Of a stretch of 30,737 nt of DNA, positions 25,017 to 30,737 are shown one piece after another (within the stretch, counting starts at the first letter, position 1; each line of letters opens with the position of its first letter). Position numbers and translations under genes: made by a program. The stretch is from a virus (taxonomy: Duplodnaviria > Caudoviricetes). The DNA lies in the IMG/VR virus record IMGVR_UViG_3300027744_000080, positions 1-30,737 of that record; one strand, written 5' to 3'. Below the pieces are notes generated by a model. The model was not told the DNA's origin and did not search any database. It worked only from the letters and a program-made list of their open reading frames with translations.

Positions 25017-25234
25017 TCGACTTGACCAAAGCCAAGGCCATCACGCATGATGCGCGTAGGACAGCCCGTGCTGCTGAGTTTGCACCACTGGATGTAAAGG
25101 CAACTATCCCGTCTGAGGCCGCAGCCGCTGAAGCCGCCCGTGCTGCTATCCGCACCAAGTACGCCGACATCCAAACGGCTGTTGATGCTGCTGCTGATGT
25201 GGCCGCGCTGAAAACTATCCTGGAGGCAATGTAA
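25004..25234 (+). CDS. tail fibre assembly-like protein, C-terminal half
   Basis: IDLTKAK.I.HD.RR.AR..EF.PLD motif; GAGGAG RBS. Confidence 0.7.
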   Translation: MGIVIDLTKAKAITHDARRTARAAEFAPLDVKATIPSEAAAAEAARAAIRTKYADIQTAVDAAADVAALKTILEAM

Positions 25235-25848
25235 TGGCTAACGGAACAATTGCAGCAAGCCAGCTTGAGATGCTGTCCCTAAGCGGGACGGGCATCATCA
25301 CCATCACGCCACCGGCTACCAACACGAACAGGGCGATCACTCTGCCTGACGCAGCGGGAGCGCTTGTTGTGTCTGGTACAACCCCGTCACTCAACGGCAT
25401 CACCTTCCCTGCTACGCAAGTCCCAAGCGCTGACGCAAACACGCTGGATGATTATGAGGAGGGGACTTGGACAGCAGCTTTTGTTCCAGCCAGTGGTTCA
25501 ATCACAATTAGTACATCTTTTAACACCGGCAGATATACAAAAGTTGGTCGATTGGTTACTGTCAATCTTCACGCGAGATTTACAAGTGTAAGTTCACCCT
25601 CTGGATCGCTTCAAGTAACTGGATTGCCATTTACATCTAGCGCGACTGGACAACAAGACCGAAATGCTGGTGCGGTTGCGGCAATAGCTGTTACTACATC
25701 AGCCACCCCAATGACAGCTTATATAAGCAACGGTGCAACTCAAATGACCCTAACTGGCTTTGTTGCGGCTTCTGGTGGTTATGCAGATGCGGCTACATAT
25801 ATAAACGCATCAAGCGAGTTATATATAACTATAACTTATTATGTTTAA
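25234..25848 (+). CDS. short tail fibre / receptor-binding protein
   Basis: ITLPD, GITFPATQ..S.DANTLDDYEEGTWT, GRYTKVGRLV, GLPF. Confidence 0.78.
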   Translation: MANGTIAASQLEMLSLSGTGIITITPPATNTNRAITLPDAAGALVVSGTTPSLNGITFPATQVPSADANTLDDYEEGTWTAAFVPASGSITISTSFNTGRYTKVGRLVTVNLHARFTSVSSPSGSLQVTGLPFTSSATGQQDRNAGAVAAIAVTTSATPMTAYISNGATQMTLTGFVAASGGYADAATYINASSELYITITYYV

Positions 25849-25896
25849 TTAACTTGGTTGGATTACCAAGTCGGACACTTAACCAAAGGAAATCAA

Positions 25897-26148
25897 ATGG
25901 CACTCACCGAAACCAAAGTCATCGACCAAATCACCGTCACCGAGAACGGCATTGTGCTGTACCGCGAGGCTACGCGCATCCTAAAAGACGGCGACCAGAT
26001 TGCTCAGACCTACCACCGCACAAGCCTGACACCAGCGCAAGACCTAACGGGCGTTCCTGCCAATGTCGTGGCAATCTGCAACGCAGCTTGGACACCTTCT
26101 GTTATTGCAGCGTATCAGGCGGCACAGGCTGCACAGGCAATGGCATGA
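25897..26148 (+). CDS. small tail-fibre-associated protein (putative chaperone)
   Basis: AAGGAAA RBS; D.I.V.ENG.V..REAT.I..DG....YHR...V.AICN..WT..VI.AY. Confidence 0.72.
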   Translation: MALTETKVIDQITVTENGIVLYREATRILKDGDQIAQTYHRTSLTPAQDLTGVPANVVAICNAAWTPSVIAAYQAAQAAQAMA

Positions 26149-26315
26149 CAGAAACTGAAGCAAGGCTGAACAGTCACGAGGCCGTGTGCTTGATTCGGTA
26201 TGAGCAAATCAACGCCAGGTTAAAGCGCATGGAAGGCATCATGATCAAAGCGTCAGCCGTGCTGATCTTAAGCATGGCCGGTGTGATCTGGTCAACCATC
26301 GTTCACAAGATGTAA
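26145..26315 (+). CDS. 56-aa membrane protein (coiled coil + C-terminal TM; holin/antiholin- or XhlA-like)
   Basis: MTETEARLNSHEAVC..RYE.I..RLKRME followed by a hydrophobic helix; ATGA overlap. Confidence 0.65.
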   Translation: MTETEARLNSHEAVCLIRYEQINARLKRMEGIMIKASAVLILSMAGVIWSTIVHKM

Positions 26316-26320
26316 ACAAC

Positions 26321-26437
26321 ATGGAAGCGCTGCCGCCACCACCGCCAGTTGCGCCGGTTTATCAATGTGTCCGTTGGAGTTGGACAGGGGATGTCTACAA
26401 CCGAGTGGTGACTTGTTTGAAGTGGGTGAAAAAGTGA
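26321..26437 (+). CDS. 38-aa Pro-rich, two-Cys protein (not in ORF track)
   Basis: MEALPPPPPVAPVYQCVRWSWTGDVYNRVVTCLKWVKK; fills the gap and ends in a GTGA overlap. Confidence 0.55.
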   Translation: MEALPPPPPVAPVYQCVRWSWTGDVYNRVVTCLKWVKK

Positions 26438-26928
26438 TTGAAGTAATGGCCGCGCTTGCAGCGGTAAACACAGCAATTAAAGTCGTCAAAGCCACAGTCA
26501 GCACCTGTCAAAACCTTGAAAGTTTAGGCCCATGCCTTAGTCAGTTTTTTGGCGCTAAGGAACAGGCCATAGCTGTTGTCAAGCAAGGTGGTTTTAAGGG
26601 CAGCGCACTTGGGAAGGCAATTGAATTAGAGCTTCTTTTGGAGTCTGCAAAGCAGTATGAGGAATCCATCAAGATGATGTTTTTTAGCGCAAACAAGCTC
26701 GACGTATGGCAGCGGATCGTTGCTCGGTCTAAGCAGATCACCAGCGATCAAATTCAGTCTGAACGGCGTGAGCGCGAGGCGGCTGCAAGACAGAAAAAAA
26801 TGATGCAAGAGTGGATTGAGGCTGTGCTGATAGCGCTAGTGTTTTTTGCGCTTGTCGGGTTCACAGTGTATTTTTCTTATGCCATTTATGAGCAATGCGC
26901 TGGCAAGTGCAGCTTTCAAAAAGGATAG
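26434..26928 (+). CDS. hypothetical membrane protein, C-terminal TM helix
   Basis: GTG start overlapping the previous stop; helical body, then AVLIALVFFALVGFTVYF. Confidence 0.65.
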   Translation: MIEVMAALAAVNTAIKVVKATVSTCQNLESLGPCLSQFFGAKEQAIAVVKQGGFKGSALGKAIELELLLESAKQYEESIKMMFFSANKLDVWQRIVARSKQITSDQIQSERREREAAARQKKMMQEWIEAVLIALVFFALVGFTVYFSYAIYEQCAGKCSFQKG

Positions 26929-26930
26929 CC

Positions 26931-27341
26931 ATGTTTCCCTTAACAGCACTACTTGAAGTGGGCGGCAAGCTGATAGACAAGCTCATTCCCGATCCCCAGG
27001 CTAAAGCAAAAGCGCAACTTGACTTAGCTCAAATGGCGCAGGACGGTGAGTTAGCAAAAATGGCAAACGACACCAAGATGTTTGAAGTGGAGCAAGAGAA
27101 CACTACAGCGCGTTGGACTGCTGACATGTCTTCAGATTCATGGCTGTCAAAGAACATTCGCCCAATAGCTTTGATTGCTATTTTTATTGCTTATTTTATG
27201 TTCACTGCGATGTCAGCGTTTGGCTTTAATGCACAAGAAAGCTATGTAAATTTATTGGGGAGCTGGGGGCAAATTGTGTTCCTAGCTTATTTTGGTGGTA
27301 GAACGGCTGAAAAAATTATGGAAATGAGGGTAAAGAAATGA
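26931..27341 (+). CDS. holin (3TM, GTA-type)
   Basis: LIDKLIPDP..KAKAQL, SDSWLSKNIRP, AYFGGRT.EK with TM segments; AAGGA RBS. Confidence 0.78.
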   Translation: MFPLTALLEVGGKLIDKLIPDPQAKAKAQLDLAQMAQDGELAKMANDTKMFEVEQENTTARWTADMSSDSWLSKNIRPIALIAIFIAYFMFTAMSAFGFNAQESYVNLLGSWGQIVFLAYFGGRTAEKIMEMRVKK

Positions 27342-27496
27342 AACTAGATGGACTGTACAAAAATATCCAAGACAAGAGAGCAAGAATTGCGGCGGGTTCT
27401 GGCGAGACTATGAGGAAACCTGGCACAGAGGGCGCACCTACTGCTAAAGCCTTTAAGGAGTCTGCCAAGACTGCTAAACCAGAGAAGAAGAAATGA
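27338..27496 (+). CDS. 52-aa basic hypothetical protein (not in ORF track)
   Basis: MKLDGLYKNIQDKRARIAAGSGETMRKPGTEGAPTAKAFKESAKTAKPEKKK; ATGA overlaps at both ends. Confidence 0.75.
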   Translation: MKLDGLYKNIQDKRARIAAGSGETMRKPGTEGAPTAKAFKESAKTAKPEKKK

Positions 27497-27780
27497 GCGC
27501 GGCTTGGCAACGCAAGGAAGGTAAGAACCCTGAAGGCGGTTTAAACGCCAAGGGACGCGCCTCAGCAAAGGCAGAAGGCATGAACCTCAAGCCGCCAGTG
27601 CAAAGCGGCGATAACCCGCGCAGAGCATCTTTTTTGGCCCGTATGGGCGCAATGCCTGGCCCTATGGAAAAGAACGGAGAACCCACCCGTTTAGCTCTTT
27701 CGCTAAAGGCATGGGGGGCTTCTTCCAAAGAAGATGCTAGACAAACAGCAAAGGCGATCTCAGCAAGGAATAAGAAATGA
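27493..27780 (+). CDS. basic conserved phage protein (DUF6321-like)
   Basis: AWQRKEGKNP.GGLNAKGRAS...LKPP...RRASF.ARM. Confidence 0.72.
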   Translation: MSAAWQRKEGKNPEGGLNAKGRASAKAEGMNLKPPVQSGDNPRRASFLARMGAMPGPMEKNGEPTRLALSLKAWGASSKEDARQTAKAISARNKK

Positions 27781-28205
27781 CTCCGCACTTTACGCTGGCA
27801 GAGCTGACGGCCACCAGCCATAGGCAGTTTGACAACACGCCAAACGCGGCTGAGACTGCCAATCTGCAAAAGCTGGCAGAGTTTTTGGAACGGGTTAAAG
27901 AAGCGCTGGACGGCAAGCCGGTGATGATTAGTTCTGGGTATCGGTCTAAGCCCGTCAATGACAGTGTTGGCAGCTCTGACAAGTCTCAGCACAGGACGGG
28001 CCAAGCTGTTGACTTTAAAGTGCCAGGCATGACACCAGACGCAGTGGTCAGGGCAATCATGGCGGCTGGTCTACCCTACGACCAGATCATTCGTGAGTTT
28101 TCAGACCCTGTTGCTGGTGGTGGTTGGACGCATATCAGCATCAGTGACACACCACGCAGGCAAGCGCTAATCATTGATCGGGCGGGGACTCGCCCTTTCG
28201 CATAA
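27777..28205 (+). CDS. endolysin, peptidase M15A (Zn D-Ala-D-Ala carboxypeptidase-like)
   Basis: HFTLAEL, ISSGYRS, SQH..G.A.D, W.HIS zinc-ligand motifs. Confidence 0.88.
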   Translation: MTPHFTLAELTATSHRQFDNTPNAAETANLQKLAEFLERVKEALDGKPVMISSGYRSKPVNDSVGSSDKSQHRTGQAVDFKVPGMTPDAVVRAIMAAGLPYDQIIREFSDPVAGGGWTHISISDTPRRQALIIDRAGTRPFA

Positions 28206-28344
28206 GTTTGCGGTAAGCGGCAATAGCGTCCTTTAGGTCGCACTGAAGCTGCTCAATCCGGTCATTCTGCTGGATCATCTTTTCGTTTGCTTGCTGCGCG
28301 AACTCCGCTAGGCTTTCTGGCGACCACGTTCTGAAGTTTGACAT
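28171..28344 (-). CDS. 57-aa coiled-coil hypothetical protein
   Basis: MSNFRTWSPESLAEFA...LKDAIAAYR; internal ATG 28344 preferred. Confidence 0.6.
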   Translation of the reverse strand: MSNFRTWSPESLAEFAQQANEKMIQQNDRIEQLQCDLKDAIAAYRKLMRKGESPPDQ

Positions 28345-28465
28345 GTTCTTCCGTTGTGAATTTGTGTCCATTGCCGCATTGTCGGCGGCGTAGTGTAAAG
28401 CCTTCCTTAGCTCTTGTGTCTTGCACAGTGCTCCAAACTTTACCTTCACAAATTGGGCAATTCAA
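28262..28465 (-). CDS. Zn-ribbon protein resembling the NrdR N-terminal domain
   Basis: CP.C...V.DTR....RRR.C.NGHKFTT.E. Confidence 0.72.
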   Translation of the reverse strand: MNCPICEGKVWSTVQDTRAKEGFTLRRRQCGNGHKFTTEEHVKLQNVVARKPSGVRAASKRKDDPAE

Positions 28466-28662
28466 GCGTTTTTCTCCCGTAACTTGGCTTCTGTCATTTG
28501 CACGGCTTGATATCGAGTGTGTGCTTTTTCCAAGATTTCAAAAAGCTCTTTATTTGTAAGCTCTACCCACGGGCGCTTGTAGACCTGTGTGTCATCGTCC
28601 TCCAAGGCTCGAATCTTGGCTTCGCGCTCAAGGCGCTGGAATTCTTCATCTTCTTCGGTCAT
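28462..28662 (-). CDS. hypothetical phage protein
   Basis: EEDEEF, DDDTQVYKRPWV.LT, EAKLREKN. Confidence 0.7.
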   Translation of the reverse strand: MTEEDEEFQRLEREAKIRALEDDDTQVYKRPWVELTNKELFEILEKAHTRYQAVQMTEAKLREKNA

Positions 28663-28665
28663 GCT

Positions 28666-28845
28666 TCACTTCCCCCAAAACATATAAAACGGAAAATCTT
28701 GATCGGTGTAATCACGCTTTTCAAGACTAGGTGCATACTCCCATGCGTAAAAATCTGCCATGTGTAACCCTTTGTTGCTTGGTTGATATAACACCCAGCG
28801 GTAACCAAGAAAATTCATAAAGTGCCACCAAATCCAATAGGTCAT
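28666..28845 (-). CDS. 59-aa aromatic-rich hypothetical protein (not in ORF track)
   Basis: MTYWIWWHFMNFLGYRWVLYQPSNKGLHMADFYAWEYAPSLEKRDYTDQDFPFYMFWGK; ATGA overlap upstream, 3-nt gap downstream. Confidence 0.6.
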   Translation of the reverse strand: MTYWIWWHFMNFLGYRWVLYQPSNKGLHMADFYAWEYAPSLEKRDYTDQDFPFYMFWGK

Positions 28846-29057
28846 GCTTGTCCCCTTGCTCGTATGGCTTCAGCGCAATGTTTTGGCCCCAGCGCGGGCC
28901 ATACACCAACTTCTTCACACACCTTCGCACACGCCTCACGCTCTGCTGCTGCGACAAGAAAAGCAAAGGCTTCAAGCTGGAACATAGCGTGAACAGTGCC
29001 GTCAAAACCAGCCATCCCCGACTCACGCGCCATGCGGATGATGTCTTCGCGGGTCAT
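28842..29057 (-). CDS. hypothetical phage protein
   Basis: MTREDIIRMARE...LVAAAEREACAKVC...AIRARG; ATGA overlap. Confidence 0.75.
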   Translation of the reverse strand: MTREDIIRMARESGMAGFDGTVHAMFQLEAFAFLVAAAEREACAKVCEEVGVWPALGPKHCAEAIRARGQA

Positions 29058-29236
29058 ATCAAAAGACTCCATATCCAAAGCCCCGTAAAAAACAGCAGCA
29101 GAACGACCACCATCAGCGCCACCAGCACAAAGCCAACGACAACGCTGCCCACTGTTTGCCACACTTGCGGCACTGGCTCAATGTCGGCCGGTATTACTGG
29201 ATATGGCTTTATCTTGCGCGTCTCAAGCTCAATCAT
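29054..29236 (-). CDS. small membrane protein
   Basis: RKIKPYP.IP.DI.PV followed by a long hydrophobic helix; ATGA overlap. Confidence 0.65.
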   Translation of the reverse strand: MIELETRKIKPYPVIPADIEPVPQVWQTVGSVVVGFVLVALMVVVLLLFFTGLWIWSLLI

Positions 29237-29427
29237 GCTGTCTCCAAATACGCTTTTAAGCGCTTGATACGCTGCTTTTGACATACGACCATAGCTTCGG
29301 CATATTCCACCCCAGCTTGCGCCCGTAGCAAATCGTGCTCTGCGTGAAGCAATTCGTGCGCGGCTGTTTGTGCTGGCGGCAACATCTTGAGTGTTGACCT
29401 AAATTCTGTCCACATATATTTAAACAT
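29233..29427 (-). CDS. hypothetical coiled-coil protein
   Basis: P....A.EL..AE..LL.A..GVEYA...RIKRL..YL. Confidence 0.7.
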   Translation of the reverse strand: MFKYMWTEFRSTLKMLPPAQTAAHELLHAEHDLLRAQAGVEYAEAMVVCQKQRIKRLKAYLETA

Positions 29428-29439
29428 TTTTAAGCCCTT

Positions 29440-29751
29440 TCACAGTGTCCACTCTCTTTCTTGGCGATTAGAGTTTGACTTCACTGTCTTGCCGGTCAGA
29501 CGGATCAGGCCAAGTTTCTGCATTTCGTTTAAGCGCCTAGCGATCTGGTTAGGGTCAAGCCGTGAGTAAAACGAGATGCCATCCTTGCCCAGCGGCCCAA
29601 TTGTGCTGAGCGCTTCCAAGATTTGAGCGTAGTGAGAGCTGACATCTGTAATGGATGCTGCCGCCTGATGGGATGTCACTGGGTCACTGTTACGCACCCG
29701 TGGAAACTGACCCAACGGGATGATGTTTTTGAAAAAGTCTTTGTAGTCCAT
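29440..29751 (-). CDS. winged-HTH DNA-binding protein
   Basis: R.SDP.TSH.AA, IL..L...GP, Q.ARRL.E..KLGLI..TG; ATG 29751 with AAGG RBS. Confidence 0.72.
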   Translation of the reverse strand: MDYKDFFKNIIPLGQFPRVRNSDPVTSHQAAASITDVSSHYAQILEALSTIGPLGKDGISFYSRLDPNQIARRLNEMQKLGLIRLTGKTVKSNSNRQEREWTL

Positions 29752-29763
29752 GATGTGCCTTGT

Positions 29764-29815
29764 AAAAGAAGGGGACTTACGCGCCAGGCAACTGCGTGAA
29801 GCACAGCGCTGCCCC
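29764..29815 (-). other. structured intergenic element / possible terminator downstream of ssb
   Basis: Minus strand GGGGC-A-GCGCT...GGCGC-GTAA-GTCCC followed by CTTCTTTT. Confidence 0.5.
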
Positions 29816-29821
29816 AAAATA

Positions 29822-30085
29822 TTAGAACGGAATATCGTCTTTCATGTCATCAAAACCGCTGTCAGTGCGAACAGGACGGGGCGGGGCAATGTAAGCCTCT
29901 GGCTCAAATGGGCGCTGTTCAAAGCAATGAAACCAGCCTTCAAAGTTTTTGCTCACGGGTTGACTTTCCATTTTTATCTTAATCCTATCTCCGTCAATCC
30001 ACAAAGTGCCGTGCGTAGTCCAAAAGGTTTTTTTCTCGCCTTGCATTTCGTATTCACGGGCGGCAAATTTAATGTCGTATTTCAT
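29822..30085 (-). CDS. small single-stranded DNA-binding protein
   Basis: GEKKT.W...G.L OB-fold-like strands and acidic tail FDDMKDDIPF; adjacent to the exonuclease. Confidence 0.72.
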   Translation of the reverse strand: MKYDIKFAAREYEMQGEKKTFWTTHGTLWIDGDRIKIKMESQPVSKNFEGWFHCFEQRPFEPEAYIAPPRPVRTDSGFDDMKDDIPF

Positions 30086-30687
30086 AATTTTTCAAGTTCC
30101 TTAATTTTGCTTTCCATCTCGCCAAGAAATTTAACCACTTCAGTTTCCAGCCCTGCCACATAGACAGGATCGTAGACCTCGCGCACAACAAACATTTGCA
30201 GTCGTTCTGGCAATCGCGGGTCGTAGCTAAGAAAATCGCACCAGTGCCGTCCAGTACAGGCCATCTGCCACTGGACTTGTGGCCGGTGCTTAGAAGGCAT
30301 CTTTTTGGCAAGCAAGGTATCCAAGTGGGTGGCAGTGTTGGGACACTTAATTTCAAGCAGGCCAGAATCGCCCACCAAGGCATCAGGAGACGCACCAGAC
30401 TGCTCAATTGACGGATGGGTAACAAAGCCTTCAGCTTGCACTAAAACGCCTTGTGCGGCCTCATACGCAGATAGCGCCATTGGCTCAGTGTCTGTGCCGT
30501 GCTGCATTGCAGCATTGCTGTACGACTCGGCAGCAGCGCCTGTCAAGCGTTCACAGATCAGCAGCGCCATGTAGTTGGCACGGCTGGCTGAGTAGCCTGA
30601 CTGAGTTTTGCCAATGATGTCGCTGATGCGGCTGGCGGTTACCTTGCCCAATCGGGCGGCAAACCATTCGGGGCTACGTTGTTCCAT
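30082..30687 (-). CDS. YqaJ / lambda-exonuclease family recombination nuclease
   Basis: QRSPEWF.AR.GKVTAS, M.HG...EP.A, GASPDA, EIKCP, QVQWQM.CTG. Confidence 0.92.
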   Translation of the reverse strand: MEQRSPEWFAARLGKVTASRISDIIGKTQSGYSASRANYMALLICERLTGAAAESYSNAAMQHGTDTEPMALSAYEAAQGVLVQAEGFVTHPSIEQSGASPDALVGDSGLLEIKCPNTATHLDTLLAKKMPSKHRPQVQWQMACTGRHWCDFLSYDPRLPERLQMFVVREVYDPVYVAGLETEVVKFLGEMESKIKELEKL

Positions 30688-30736
30688 TGTTTTCTTTCAA
30701 TCTTAAATTTAAAATGGCAAGTTCGTGTTTAATGCG
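30674..30736 (-). CDS. 3' end of an upstream gene cut by the window edge
   Basis: Open frame ...RIKHELAILNLRLKENNGTT* overlapping the exonuclease start. Confidence 0.4.
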   Translation of the reverse strand, partial: RIKHELAILNLRLKENNGTT

Positions 30737-30737
30737 T

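Noticed and set aside
22525-25848. Diversity-generating retroelement or invertible fibre cassette
   Set aside because: No reverse transcriptase, invertase, TR/VR pair or inverted crossover sites seen in the window
25854-26144. 153-aa ORF 25854..26315 as listed in the track
   Set aside because: Its 5' part overlaps the real 25897 gene out of frame; the true start is ATG 26145
29771-29815. HDV-like ribozyme
   Set aside because: A 7-bp P1 with a G-U pair can be drawn, but there is no room for P2 and the required nested double pseudoknot does not form
1084-30574. Numerous short opposite-strand or nested ORFs in the track (e.g. 1257..1613, 8041..8418, 27474..28004, 28848..29267, 29750..30163)
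   Set aside because: They lie almost entirely within well-supported genes, with no motifs or RBS

Overview
This window is about 31 kb of a tailed dsDNA phage or prophage with a P22-like podovirus virion module. A Proteobacterial (possibly freshwater Betaproteobacterial) host is an inference from gene content only. The + strand opens with the end of an HNH-like nuclease gene and a consensus sigma70 promoter (TTGACA-N18-TATAAT). The promoter feeds a ~390-nt highly structured leader: a c4/CI-like antisense RNA with flanking target boxes, then a large multibranch fold. Next come a GT8-like glycosyltransferase and two putative virion cargo proteins that share a 13-aa N-terminal leader. These are followed by TerS/TerL, portal, scaffold, major capsid and a decoration protein. 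A three-gene modification cassette follows (Maf/MptE-like+GT-B fusion, SAM methyltransferase, second Maf/MptE-like protein). The strand ends with the head-tail adaptor, gp10-like hub, a GNAT, three ejection proteins, four short fibre genes with chaperones, and a lysis region (3TM holin, M15A endolysin). From 28.2 kb the - strand carries converging small early genes, a wHTH protein, SSB and a YqaJ exonuclease. Most notable are the putative virion-glycosylation system, the shared leader motif that may target cargo into the capsid, and the structured RNA switch heading the late operon. All family calls come from motif recognition, not from database searches.
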